Positions 48,405 to 61,400 of a DNA stretch of 64,000 nt are shown here, one piece after another. Origin of the DNA: Mesotaenium endlicherianum. Taxonomy: Eukaryota. The translations under genes and the position numbers were made by a program. The DNA is taken from positions 136,716 through 200,715 of the forward strand of contig WELA01001161.1 in the NCBI GenBank assembly GCA_009602735.1. The letters run 5' to 3'. Positions within the stretch are counted from its first letter, which is position 1. Every line of letters begins with the position of its first letter. A model generated the notes under the pieces. It searched no databases and had not been told where the DNA came from. It was given only the letters and a program-made list of their open reading frames with translations.

Positions 48405-51400
48405 ATGAAGCAAGATGAGGCTGAAGTTCATCAATTGCGATTAATGGAAGAAGGAAAGGTTTCAGAGGGAGATGGGAAAGAACCAACCTCTCCGAATAGG
48501 GACTCTTCGTGCTCTATATGCCTGGAGCCCGTGGATACTAAAACGTGCTCGTTTGCGAGGCTAAGGTGCAAGCATGAGTTCCATCTTGGTGAGCTCTTGT
48601 CCACTCATAGCGCAACCATATTATCATTCCCCTACCTTCTTTATTTGGTCAATAGTCTTTTGCCACATTCTGCTTCTCTGCTAAGCTGTGGTACTTGCAT
48701 CAGCATCAAGTAAGGCTGTCAGCTGTACAGGCATAGGTTTGGGACGAGTAATCTGGTCGCAACTGCACACTATATTTTGGAGATTAGTACAAAAGACAAT
48801 GCAATCTAGTTCAGTGACAGTCCTTCCTCGACATGAGGGTGCGGGCAAAAATGACGCAGGGTCACATGGGGCATTTCTTTTTTGGTAGAACGAGTGAAAG
48901 GCTGGGTACATAAGCTTGTTCAGTAGTATGCCCTCAATATACGTACCATCAGTATGTGTATCTCATACATTTGTACCATGATTGTATGCGCCACGTGTGC
49001 CTTGCAGGTTGCATCGGCTCTGCCTTCAATGCAAAGGGGGAGATGCAGTGCCCTAATTGCCGCAGCGTGGCCGAAGGGACCTGGCAGTTTGGCAGCAGAC
49101 ATGTGGCAGCCGAGGATGTTCTTGGAGGAGGCATGGAGGTGAGGGTTATCCCGTTGTGTCCAATCTCAGGATCGTTAGGACGGCTTCCTCCCTCTCCCTC
49201 ACATCAAGCAACAGAGCATTGCTTGACGCGATCGTGCAGCCTGCTGCTGACACGGTTGCATGGTCAAGATCACATGCCTGAAAACCGCATGGCTGGAAAT
49301 CCCCTGCTGCTCCTCCTATCAGGCTCGAGAGACTTCTGGCGCGCACTTTGGCGTGCCGGCACAGGGTTGTTTTCACCCCTTGCAAGAGCAAATAATGGGT
49401 GATTGAGATTCCGTGGCGTGTGGAGTGCGCGGCTGCACAGAACCTCGGTGACTGACTAGCTGTTGGCCAGCGGAATCTCTCCTCCCCTTCTCGCATGCTT
49501 ACCTGATGCTCCACCATGCCGTAGCCACTCCGTTTCAGCCATGGTATTGGAGTCCCATCAGTCGGGGCAGAGAACACAAGGAGGGAAGTGCGCGCACGTT
49601 CGTCCTCCGAGTTTCTGTCAGCAAGGCTGGCGGCTCTCGAGTGCGTTCTGGAGGTGGAGGAGGGAATGCTCGGGAAGACAATGGCACGTCTTGTTGCCAG
49701 CTTGCCGAGATTTGCTGAGCGTTGGGCGGCTATCATGACATCTGCACATGCGTTTGCAAGATTTCCATGTGCCACTTGTAGTCGATATGTCGCCTGGAAG
49801 TCGATGTCGCATGGCTGTGGCCATATTGGCCACTCGGAAAGGCTCCATACGACACGTAGCGTCTTGTCAGTCAAGACGTGTGTGGACTCTGCAGCTCAGG
49901 CGACGGGGGCAGCAGCTGTGTCAGAGGCGTGGGCAGTCCCATCTCCAATGCGCAACGCGATGCGGGCCTGCGTGCATGCATGCACGCAATCCTGAGCGTG
50001 CTTGCATGTGCTGCTGCGGGTGCGGCTGCTCGGTGCAGGCGAATCTGGAGATGCCACCTGCCCACGAGCCGCTGCCGTACCACAACAACATGATGCAGTA
50101 CTACCTGCGCACGCACCAGCAGTATCAGGAGTAAGTCCCCCCCCTCACCCCCCCCGCTTCTCTTCTCCTCTCCCTTCGGTACTTGTACTCTCTCCATGTC
50201 AGCACTCAGGCCCCCGCCTCTGTAGGCCGGGCTTCTGTCCACAGCTCTGGATTGAAAGTTTCCGGGCCTGAGGTCCGGGGCCCCCCTGGGGATGGGGATG
50301 CGAGCGGTGGTGTATGGTGGCTTCGCAGCCCCTCTGTTGGGGCATTGGCTCTCCCGTCTCTCATTGTTTTTTTTCTTGAAAATGCTGTCTGCTTGTCCGC
50401 TTCATTTGTGTGTGTGTGCGCGCGCGCGCCTGTGTGTGTGCTGTGTGGTCTGATGTGTGTTGCGTGCGCGAACACATGCGCTTGTGCAATTCTCATGCCT
50501 TTTCTTCTTTGAGGGCTCAAAGCCTGGGTTTTTTTTTTTTGTAGTTGCCTCCCCCATCCCCCCTCCCCCCAAAATGCGCTTCAGCCACTGACCCGCGCAA
50601 ATTAGCAAGAGCACGCGAATGCAAGCGCGGTGCCTGGAAGCAGCGGCAGCAATAGCGGCGCCATCACTATCATCATAGACACCATCGGCATTCAGCATCA
50701 TCGTTAGTCAGCAGCCCTTACCCAGCGTGCGCACGCACCTTGCGCACGTGGAGGGCCAGATGGAGGGAGGGGAGCGGGGCGGAGTGGAGCAGGCTGGAGC
50801 TCCCTGGGGGACTAGAGGCAAAGGGAGGCTGGCGGTTAGGGTTCCATTCGTCGGGACTTTGGCACTGCTCCTCTTGCTGCGGGCAATGCGTCGAGCCGTG
50901 GAGGCAGCAGCAGCGAGCCTCGTGCTGCTGAGGGCAGTTTCTGCATTAGGGTTTAGTGGCTTCTGTCTGCTGGGTTCCCCCCCTGTGCTCTAGGTCAAAC
51001 TTGCCACCCGGCGTGGGCCTCTCTGGCGTGTCGCGCGCTGTCACGCGGATGTGTTGAATATGATACGGGCTCTCGTATGCGCGTGTGTTGGACATGCACA
51101 ACCGCATGTACATATTGGTGTACTCACTGAACGCACATGTGCTGCCAAGTGGCGCACGCATGCGGACATGCTCGCACGAGAAGGCGAGAGGGCCTCTCTT
51201 CACGAGGTTGCCAGAGCGCCCCCCCCCAACCTGGTGAAGGGTGAGGTGCAAGAGGTGACGAGTGTGCCAAGTGGCAGGCCGGCTGTCGCTCACAAGCGAC
51301 GCCATGCGGGCCTGGAAGTGGGCCCTAGCAGTTGCGTCAAACCTGTCCCCGGTTTTCTCCGTATGTGCTCTGTATAAAGAAGGAGATGGGCGGAGCCCTC

Positions 51401-54400
51401 CCCCCCCCCCCCCNNNNNNNNNNNNNNNNNNNNNNNNNNNNNNNNNNNNNNNNNNNNNNNNNNNNNNNNNNNNNNNNNNNNNNNNNNNNNNNNNNNNNNN
51501 NNNNNNNNNNNNNNNNNNNNNNNNNNNNNNNNNNNNNNNNNNNNNNNNNNNNNNNNNNNNNNNNNNNNNNNNNNNNNNNNNNNNNNNNNNNNNNNNNNNN
51601 NNNNNNNNNNNNNNNNNNNNNNNNNNNNNNNNNNNNNNNNNNNNNNNNNNNNNNNNNNNNNNNNNNNNNNNNNNNNNNNNNNNNNNNNNNNNNNNNNNNN
51701 NNNNNNNNNNNNNNNNNNNNNNNNNNNNNNNNNNNNNNNNNNNNNNNNNNNNNNNNNNNNNNNNNNNNNNNNNNNNNNNNNNNNNNNNNNNNNNNNNNNN
51801 NNNNNNNNNNNNNNNNNNNNNNNNNNNNNNNNNNNNNNNNNNNNNNNNNNNNNNNNNNNNNNNNNNNNNNNNNNNNNNNNNNNNNNNNNNNNNNNNNNNN
51901 NNNNNNNNNNNNNNNNNNNNNNNNNNNNNNNNNNNNNNNNNNNNNNNNNNNCCCCCCCCCCCCCCCCGGGGCCCACCCAGGCTACCAGGCCGTCAACCAG
52001 CTGAGAAGGGCTGAGGCTGTTGGTGCCGGAGGGAACTGATGGATGGGCCCGGCGGAGCTTGGGGAGTCTCTGTTGCGTGTAGACTTTGTGGGGAAGCGTG
52101 TGAGAGTGGGGGCCCTGGCTGTGCCGTGGAGGAGCAGCCGGAGGGAGCCAGCCGGAGGAATCTCGGAGCTTGGCCTTGGTGGGCTGCACGCTGCCTTTTT
52201 GCACGTTGAGTTTCCAGCAATCGAGGGATGAGACAACGAAGGCAACGGGCACTCTTGCCTGTGGGCTGTCGGTGCATTGGCCGTCAGCTTTTGTTGTTGG
52301 CCAAGCCCTGTGTCAGGGGCAGGCAGGTGGCAGCGTCAGGGCGATGTTGCTGAAGCGGGGTTGCTTTGGTCCGTGCGTGTGCGTGTGCGTGTGCGTGTGC
52401 GTATGGCAGTGCGCCAGGCAGGCATGGGCATCTGCCACGGGACGATCCAGGTGGCAGAGACAGGAGGCACTACACCCACAGACACCCCACCCTGGGCCAC
52501 CACACCCTTGGTAGGAGCAACTCTCCCTCCCCCGTCTCCCGCGCTTCACCCTGGGCACAGGCACGTGTCTCGTACAGGTGTGGGCTACCTGGCCTCCTTG
52601 CTGTCAGCAAGCCGATAGAGAGGGAGGGGGGGAGAGGAAGAAGCGTAGAAGAGTGCTGAGAAGTGCGCAGGAAGAGAAGGGAGCACGACAAGGCATGCTG
52701 TGGTTTGTGCTCCTGCTGCTCCTCAGTACTCTGCCTGCCGGTGGTCATATCTGGGGACTCTGGGAGAATCTGCGCGCTGATGCAATAGGGGCAACAGCAG
52801 CACTCTGGCATGCAGGGGACCTGGCAGTGCTGCAGGAGTCTCACACAAGGCCCGGCGGGCTTGTCTCTCCGTGTCTATTTGTGTGCGTGCGCGTGTGTGT
52901 CTGTGCGCGTATATGCTCTTGCGTCTGCGTGTGCTTGTGCGCATGTGTGTCGACGTGAATGGGAACGCAAACGAGATCGTCAGCGTGGGATGACGAGACA
53001 ATGCAGCCCTGGGGGCCGCCGTCCCGCTGGCCGGAGGACACCGGCGAGGGCGCGCCTCGCGCAGGCCCCTCCCCGCCGCCGCTGCAGCTGCCGCCGCCGC
53101 AGCAGCCGCATCCGATGCAGCGGCACCGGGCGTACGCCGACCTGCTGGGCTTGGACCTCTCGCGCGCGGGCAGCAGAGAGAGGGGCCACTACTTGGAGCA
53201 ACAGCAGCAGCTGCCGCGCACGCCGCCAGGGCCATTCGAGCTGGGGCTGGGCCGCCACGTGGTGAGCCGGCAGCAGGGACAGCTGGCGGGGCCTGCCGCA
53301 GGAGGGTACCATGTGGCGGGGCCGGAGGAGGCCCACCTGGACAGGCGGGCGGCGCGAGAGAGGGAGGTGACACGGAAGCCGGAGGAGGGGGCCAACGCGA
53401 GCACAAGCGGAGGGGGAGCAGAGGGCAGCCGGGACAGCGGGGACAGCCCTTTGAGGGAGCTCGAGGGGGGGGGGTTGCAGCGGGGCTCCAGCAGGGGAGC
53501 TGAAACGGGCCATGAGCTGAGCCATCACCCCCGCCTCTACCACCACCAGCAGCAGCAGGAGCAAGAGCAGCAGCATCAGCAGCAGCAGCAGCACAGAGAC
53601 GAGCTGTGGCAGCTGTGGCAGAGCGACCCGAGCAGCGACTCCTTTGAGCGCCGCCACGCTTCCGTCTACAGGTGCCAAATCGAAAGCGCCGCTGTGCCTG
53701 TGGCTCCGTCCTCTCTCTAGCCACCTGTCCACCCCCACCCTGGCTCATCCTTGCACTCTCCCAGCCAGCCTGACTTGTCGGCAGGGTGGGGTCGTAGCGT
53801 CCGCAAGCTGCATTCCACTGATCGAGGCTCTACTGCCCGCCTGCCCGCCCGCCTGCCTGCCTGCCCGCCTGACCCCACTGCCCGGCCCCTTTCCCGCCTG
53901 CCCGCCCGCATGCTTTTCAAGACAAGGGCTTGTCACACTCGTCTCTCAACCCCTTCCAGAATGTAGATGGACCCCCCCCCGGCCTGCATGCTGCACCCGG
54001 TGCGTCCCCCCCCTTTTTGCTGCGAGTGAGTGGCCTCTAGGGGAGTCCATTGGCCATTCTGGTGGGCACTCGCGGCCTCTGCTCTCCCGTGAGTGGCGGC
54101 CTGCCCCTGCACGGGCTATCGCAGGCCGTCGACTGGCGAACCAACTAATTGCACAGGCTTGGAGGCAGCAGCGCCTGCTGCCAAGGGTGGAGACTTCCGG
54201 GCTCGTGGCTCGCCAGCTCAGGCAGCCACGTAAGTGAACGGGCTTGTTCCTGGCGCCGCAGGCCGCCAGGTGGCCTCGTCTGCCTCCGCACACGCTTCGA
54301 GGAGAAGTTGCCTCTGTGGCTCACTTACATGGGCTGGCGAAGCATTTCTGGGTGCCGTACGTGCGTCTGGGGTGGGATGGGTGGAGATCTCAGGGGAGGG

Positions 54401-57400
54401 AGATGTATGGTTCTAGGCATGTGTGGCTATGTGTAGTACATAGCCAGTTGCATTGTGTTGAGCTTTGGCGTATGCGTATACATGTACGTATATATATGTA
54501 CATGCAATGTTGCAGACGTCAGCTTGTAATCGCAACGCAGCGTGCATTACTACATCCTAGCTGATTGCCTCTGTGCGCTGCCATGTGGCACGTCCTTCCG
54601 TGCATGTGGGCGCAGCACGCGACACCTGCCAAGCATGCGAAGAGGCGGCGGCAGTGGCCCTTACACTAGTTTGGACGACTTCGTGGCCAGTCATGGCTTG
54701 CTGCCACCTGGTAGGCCCCCCTGGCACCCGTGGCCCCACATGGCTGCGCTATACGAGCAGCCACATGCCCACCCCCGGCAGTCCCTTGGACCACACCCCC
54801 TTGCAATGGGAGGCCGCCACCTGGCATCACTGGGGATGGCACAGCACACTTTCATGCGGGAGCACTCTGCTCCTGCCAGGAGGCAACGGTGCGAGCGCCG
54901 CCCGCTTGTCTCTCCTCTCCAGCAGCCCCCTGGTCTTGCAAGCAGCTTGGAGTTCAGGACAGGTGGCACGCTCAGGGAGCATGTCCCAGTAGACGTACGC
55001 CGTGCCAGGTCAGCTGATGATGCCAGAATCTTGCCTGCAGGATCTGGACTCCTCCCCCCAAGTGGCTCTGGTGTTGCCGCGGGAGCCTCACCGGAGGAGG
55101 GCCCGGAGGGTTGGGGGGGGGATGCTGCTGAACCTCCTCCGGCCGCCTCCGAAGCTGTGGTACGGGCGAGCAGTGCCACGCAGGATGCTGCTAGACCTGG
55201 CAGCGATGCTGGTGCAGGCGGCGCTGGCACAGGTGGCGACGGTGCTGGCGATACTGTCGCCGGGGCATTCGCGGGGCCTGCCACTACTGCTCCTGCCGCT
55301 GCCCCATCTCCTGCTGCTGCTACGGCCGCAGGTGCTGCAACAGAGCACGACGAGGTTGATGACGACGGCCGCTCTGAGAGCACCCCCCGCGAAGCTGCAG
55401 TTGGCCCCGCAGCTCTTGCTGCCGGCGGCGGTGCCGCCCGTGGCGGCGGCCCTGACGCAGCCGTGGCGGATGCGGAGGCAGAGGCGGCGTTGGCGGAGGA
55501 GCAGCGGGAGGATGCGCGGCAGCGCGCAGACGTGGAGCTGGCGAGGCGGCGGGGCATGAGCGTGGCGGAGATGCGGGCGGAGCGCGAGCGGCGCATCGAG
55601 CACATCGAGAAGCTGAGGCACGACGCCGTGCCGCCCGCGCACTGGAGCCGGACAGCTGGCGGTGGGGGAGGCCGCGCTGGCGGCGGCAGCGGCGGCGAGC
55701 CCGGCCAGTACCGCATGCGCCAGCTGGGCCTCGCCGCCCGCTCCGCCGCCGCCCAGGCCAGCGCCAGTGCTGCCAGCCAGCTGCGCTCCTCCGAGGGCCT
55801 CTCGGCTGTGGTTGCGACGAGCAGTGGCAGCCGAGGGGGAGATCGCAGAGAGCCTAGGGGGGACCCGGCAGCAGCTGGGTGGGGCGCTGTTGCCGCCGGA
55901 GACGAGGATGGTGCCAGGTGGCGCAAGAATCACGACAGGCCCAGCTGGGACGGCATTGCCGCTGCCCAAAGAGCGGCGGAGGCAGCCAGCGCGAGCCCCT
56001 CTCCGCGTCTCACGCGCGGCATCGAGGCGCGGCTGCGGGAGGCCTTTGACCAGTGCAGGGGGCCAGCTGCCAAGACTGGCTCTAGCAGTGAGGGCCTTCC
56101 GGCAGGTGGCCGAGAGAGGAGGGGGCACCGCAGTAGCAGCGGCAGCGGCAGTGGCAGCGGCAGGAGTGGTTCCTCGGCAGAAGAGGGGCAGAGGGGGCAG
56201 ACAGGTGGCACGAGGCAAGGCCTGGCGGCAGCGGCGGAGAGCGAAGCCCCACCCCACCAGCAGCGCAGCTCATCGTCCAACAGCAGCGGGAGCGGGAGCA
56301 GCAGCCCCGCAAGCTCTACCCCTGGCACGAGCAGCGGCGGTGGGGGCAGCGGACGCTCCAAGAGCAGCAGCAGCAGATCCGAGAAGGAGGGGGAGCAGGA
56401 GGGGCCAGAGGGGGGGCCGGAGGAGGTGGCGGCCCCTGCAGCCTCGAGAGCCCAGAGGAGCCCAAAGCATTGGGAGCAGGAGCGGGAGCGGGAGAAGCCG
56501 GGGAGACGGCGGGGGGCGAGCGACGAGCTGCGCGAGTACCTCAAGGGCGTGATGGGCGGGGACTGGGGGCCCACAGCAGCCACGCTACGGCAGGAGCGGC
56601 ACGAGCAGCAGGAGCAGCGGCTGCGAGCGCTAGCCACGTGCCAGGTGGCGCGGCGGAGGACGCTGGAGGCCCTGTCCTCGTCGCCGTTGGATGCGACGAG
56701 CCCTCAGAGTGGCGCCGCTGGCAGCGCTGCCACCCAGCCGCGTGGCGGCAATGGCGGCGACAGTGGCACCGGCTGTCGCAAAGAGGAGGAGGAGGAGGAT
56801 GGCGATCAGAGCCGTCCTTTCCATCTGATCTCAAGGGCCACCGAGAGCCGTCAACCACCGACAGAGGGCACCTGGGGGCAAGAGAAGCGCGCCCAGGAAG
56901 AACCACAGGAGGCTGGGCAGGAGGAGGTGAAGGGGGTGAGTTGGCCCTCTGCAGAGCCCAAAGTCGAGAGGGGCACATCATACGACACCTGGCAAAGGCC
57001 GGGGATGGGGGAGGCTCCCCTGGGCACTCGGGAGTTGGGCGCTGTGGCGCCACCCGCGGCGGGGGCGGGGGCGGGGGCGGGAGCCAGGGGCCTGATTGCG
57101 GACGCACCTGCTGGGGGTCCGCGTGTCGCAGGTGCAGATGCCCGTGCCGAGTCTGGTGTGGGTGTCAGCAAAGCTGCGCTGCAGGGCGGAGCTGCTGCTA
57201 CTGCTACTGCTCCGAAGAGAAGCATCAGCTGCGGCGACTCCTCCTCCATCGGGAACGAGCACCGCTCGCGTTTGCGCTCGCACTTGCACCTGCACTCGCA
57301 CGCGCGGCCGGGCGCGACGGTGGGCCAGGGCGCAGGCGGGTCCGAGGGTTGGGCTGCCAAGAGGTCCGAGCGGGTTGCGGCGTTTGCGGAGCAGAGGGGG

Positions 57401-58459
57401 CTCCCTGGCAGGGGCTGGCGCGCGTCCGTGGTAGGGGACGTTCTGCACCCGAGCGGCCGGGAGGGCCCGCACGGGCTGCGCAGCATGCGGCCCAATGTTC
57501 TCAAGGAGAGGAGCTTCCGCTCGTTCGACGTGGACGGCCCCCCTGGTCAGGAGGTCAGCCGCTCGTCCCTTCCTCCCCCCGCCCCCCTCTTCTCCCCCCC
57601 GGCGNGCCACCTCCTCTCTCCCAATCTTGCCCTGCGACACCCCACAGTACCTCTCTTAGAGCCGTGAGGGAACCGCGCACAACGCGACAGTGCTCCTCCT
57701 GCTTTGCATGTCATTGCAACAAGAGCAGGCGCACACGAAGCTCCTCAGCAGTGGCCGCGTAGGCATGCCTGGATTGCCACATGCTGAGATGAGCACACAC
57801 AAAACGCAAGAGAATGCGAGGCCTCCCTCCCTTCCTCCACCCCCCCCTTGCTTGCTTGTGGTCACCATATTCCTTCCACTTTCCTTTGCTCTTTTCTATA
57901 GAGCCCTCAAAGTAGTACAGCTATGGTACAACACAGGCTGGGGTATCTAACCAATGGGCCTCGCAAACCAGTGCAAGTTGGCATCAGCTTTGGCGCTCTT
58001 GTTGGATGCTCCCCGGCTGTCTGCTAAGTTGCACCTGCATCTGCTCTGGCATCTGCACCGCTCCACGTCAGTTCGCACGGTGCACATGCGCACAGGGTGT
58101 GCTCGTGCACATGCACGGTGCGTCTGTGCATCTGGTGTGCCAGCTCATGCATGCGCAAGAGGGAATAATTGCCTTGGCCGCCTCTGACCTATTTATCACT
58201 ATTCATCTTAAACATGGGCCGTTGCGGTGGCGGGTGCATGTTGGGGGCGGTGCAGTTCCGCTGCCTGATGTGTCGCGGGAGCTTTGCCAAATCAGCAGAG
58301 GGCGGGACAGGCTCCTCCTCCTCCTCCTCCTCCTCTGCCAGCTTGAGCCTCTTTGAGGACTTTGGCGCTCTCAGAGAGCACGCCATCGTGCGCCACCACT
58401 TTGACGTGTGCCTGGGAGGCCCCCCCCTGGACGTGGCGTGGTGCACGAGCAACATGTAG
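48405..58459 (+). CDS. RING-H2 E3 ubiquitin ligase (RFI2/IPI1-like RING) with a very long low-complexity region and a C-terminal C2H2-like finger (~1445 aa). Exons 48405-48588, 49008-49138, 50039-50130, 52410-52510, 52984-53671, 54616-57553, 58256-58459
   Basis: CSICLEPV...LRCKHEFHL|GCIGSAFNAKGEMQCPNCR is a RING-H2 of the plant CIGSAFNAKG.MQCPNCR group (high confidence). Downstream exons are linked only by phase-consistent GT-AG sites (moderate confidence), and the N gap at 51414-51951 could hide exons. Confidence 0.75.
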
Positions 58460-61400
58460 GCAGCACAGGCGGAGGAGGGTTCCCACTGCACCCACCAGCA
58501 CATCCTAATTTCACATACATTCCTTTCGTCGAAGATGCGCCTACTCTATGCCACGCCAAGAGGAGCCCAGCTAGCTGCCCGCACCCCTCCCTTTTTTTTT
58601 GTCCTTCTCTTCTTTTTACGTGCGACGGCTCCGAGCTGCACGGCTCACGGGTGCTTGGAGCGCGGTGAAGTGAGGGGTGAGCTTTTCCCCAGGGTCCTGT
58701 CAGATTGGGGCTGTTCTTTTGTGTTTCAGAAGTTTCTCGCTGCGGCAAGGTACTGCTGGCGGTACTTTTTGGAGGAGGTGTACGCGAAGGGTCAATAGGA
58801 CCTTCTCCCTTTGGTGGTTATGTACACGGGCGCCTGACCTCGATGAGCTCCATGAGGGAGACAGGTTGGCTTTTGGTGGGGGGGGGGAACGAGAGGGCTC
58901 CAGAGTTAAGTTAGCGTCAGAAGCTTCAAAGATGGGGGTGTACAATTCGTTTCGTCCTTGCAGGGCTTAATAAGCAATGTGTATGCTTGCTCCTTAAAAA
59001 TCAAGTGAGCAAAATGGTCAGCTGGAGTGCTTGCAGCGCTCCTCAGTTGGATGCACTGTGAGCTCCCTGGGACTTGGTTAATGGGGAAGTTCTTGTAATT
59101 GTACGACGTTCGCCCCTGCATGGGGTGCTTGTAACCTGCTTCCTTTGTGGAGTGGTAGCGAGTTAATTATCTCTATCATGTACATTCCTGCATGGTGTCG
59201 TGTTTCATCTGTTGAGCAATATCTAGTCGACAGGGGCACTCGGCTCGTCATTGGTGGTTAGTCAGGTTCTGTGTCCAACTACTCAGCTGCATTTGCTCGA
59301 GCTTGACCTCTAGGCAGCTAGCTTGGCAGCAAGTCTGCGCCAGCTTGTGAATGTATATCCTGAGATGCGATTTAGGCTCTAAGGGTGAGTAGATGTATAG
59401 TAGGAGTGTGTGTGCTGTAGGAGTCTATTATTTAGGTTACTTGTCGACATTGCTGATTACTGGACACATATGCTCTTTTATCAATGGGAGTCCACTCTGA
59501 CATGGTCTTCATGTGCCATGAGTGATAAGATGGGTGTGGAATTTGAGTTTACCTGCATATATGGACCCTCACTTCCTGATGCTGAGGTAAGATTGCTACT
59601 TTCAGATAGGCATAATTGATTGCTGAATATTTGCCCGCAGGCGGAGTGAGTCGAAAGAGCCCAACAGGAAGGCTCTGTTAACAACAATATCTCCACTTAT
59701 TTTCTGGCCAACAATAGCACTAAGAAAAGAGGGGCACATCCAAACACCCAGCTGAAAGACAGCCTGCATATTGAAGTTATGCACCAGACTTGCAGAAAAA
59801 CCACGTATGAGGCTGTGAGCAAGCTAGACGCAGACACTACCGTTGTGTTTATATCGACTTTGTCGCAGCTAATGAAGGAACAGCACATTGTTGGTCAACC
59901 AAACATTATCCTGAGTACAAGAACAATAGGTCCTAATGATATAGCATCTAAAAGATCCAAGTCACTAATAACAAGGCTCAAATTAAAAATACGCCTTATC
60001 AAAGACCTGCTAACGTCTACAGACTTAAGTCTACTTCAACTCATAAACTCAAGAACTAGATTCCCTGCCCAACTGCTTCTTTCTCAGCTAACAAAAATTG
60101 GGTAGCTCCACTACAATGCTTGGCACTGCATTGTGTGTCACCCACAGCCTAAGATCTACTCGCCATCGACATAAAAGCCTACTGCAGAAACTGATTATCT
60201 TCAGGGCGAGTCACGTATTTTCAATACTTGCAATCAACCAAGCGTCTGGACACTGCAAAGAGTGCACGCTACCTCTGCAACTGGCAATAACAGACTAAAG
60301 TCCCTCGAGCTATGCTTCTCACTTCCTTCCACCACCCCTCACACACCACATCTAAGCCACACGCTTTGACCCCAAGTCAAAGCTGGCCGTGTGCACCAAG
60401 ACCCGCAGCTTACACGGTTCACTAACCCTTCTAACCTCTGACCTATCATTCCGTCACAAATATGAGGCAGAGGCATGTGAGTCATTCCGAACGCCTCACT
60501 CGCTCCTCCCTTAAAAGGAGCTCCTCCACACCAGACTTAGCTAATGGCACTAGTACACTCTGACCTCACTCCCACATGATGATGCTCCCCCCTGCTCTAC
60601 TCCTCAGGCACCTCAGGGTCCTGGTCAGGATCATCGCCCTCCTTCTTCTCCTCATCCTCCTCGTCCTCCTCAGGTGGATCACCGGGAAGGGGTTGAGGAA
60701 GAGGTGGCTTCAGAGGGCTGAAGGTAGGGAAAATGTCTGGCCTCCTTCCAGGACCAGGTCTTTCCCACTCCTGCCAAAAGAAGCCCAATCCGCAACAACT
60801 GACACGTCAGGAAAGGTAGTGGGGAGACCCTCGACTGGTAGGGGTTGTCCGCACAGGGTACAATAGTGATGCTGCAACCACTTGCAGTTCAAACTTTTGC
60901 AGCTGAAATATTCTGAAGAGGCTCTCCCTGAGTACAGAGAAAACATGTGCTGAGCATGTATGGACAGCATACAACAACCAGGTTCCCATCTGGCAGCCAA
61001 CAGTACCCGGTTCAAGTCACCATAACACCCTTTTTCCCACCACCATACCCATGCTAGAAGGTTTTGCTGAAGTAGATATGGTTGCAACTGCACCATGCGC
61101 TATCCAATCACATCAGCCTTCACACACAGGACAAGCCAAAGCTTGAAGGAACCAGTTCCCACCAAACCAAAGCCACAACCTTCTTAAGACCGGGGTACAG
61201 AGGGAACGATGACTGATATTATTAACAAATTCATTTGTGCAGGCTTAATTTGGCGCAACCTTACAAGGTATATACGCTCGTTTTAGCTAGCTACATAAAC
61301 AAGACCTTGGCGAGGACCTTCAAAGATATGGTCATGTTGACAAATAACGATCTCAAATTCATACCTAGTACCAACAAAACTTTTTGCGCCATAAGGACAC

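Noticed and set aside
51262..52252. ORFs spanning N gaps (also 42347-43639 and 21568-22020)
   Set aside because: Their length comes from runs of N, not from coding sequence.
54691..57640. Long antisense and alternate-frame ORFs over the RING gene's large exon, and likewise over DET1 at 852-2675
   Set aside because: Expected shadows of very GC-rich, low-complexity coding DNA; no domain signal.
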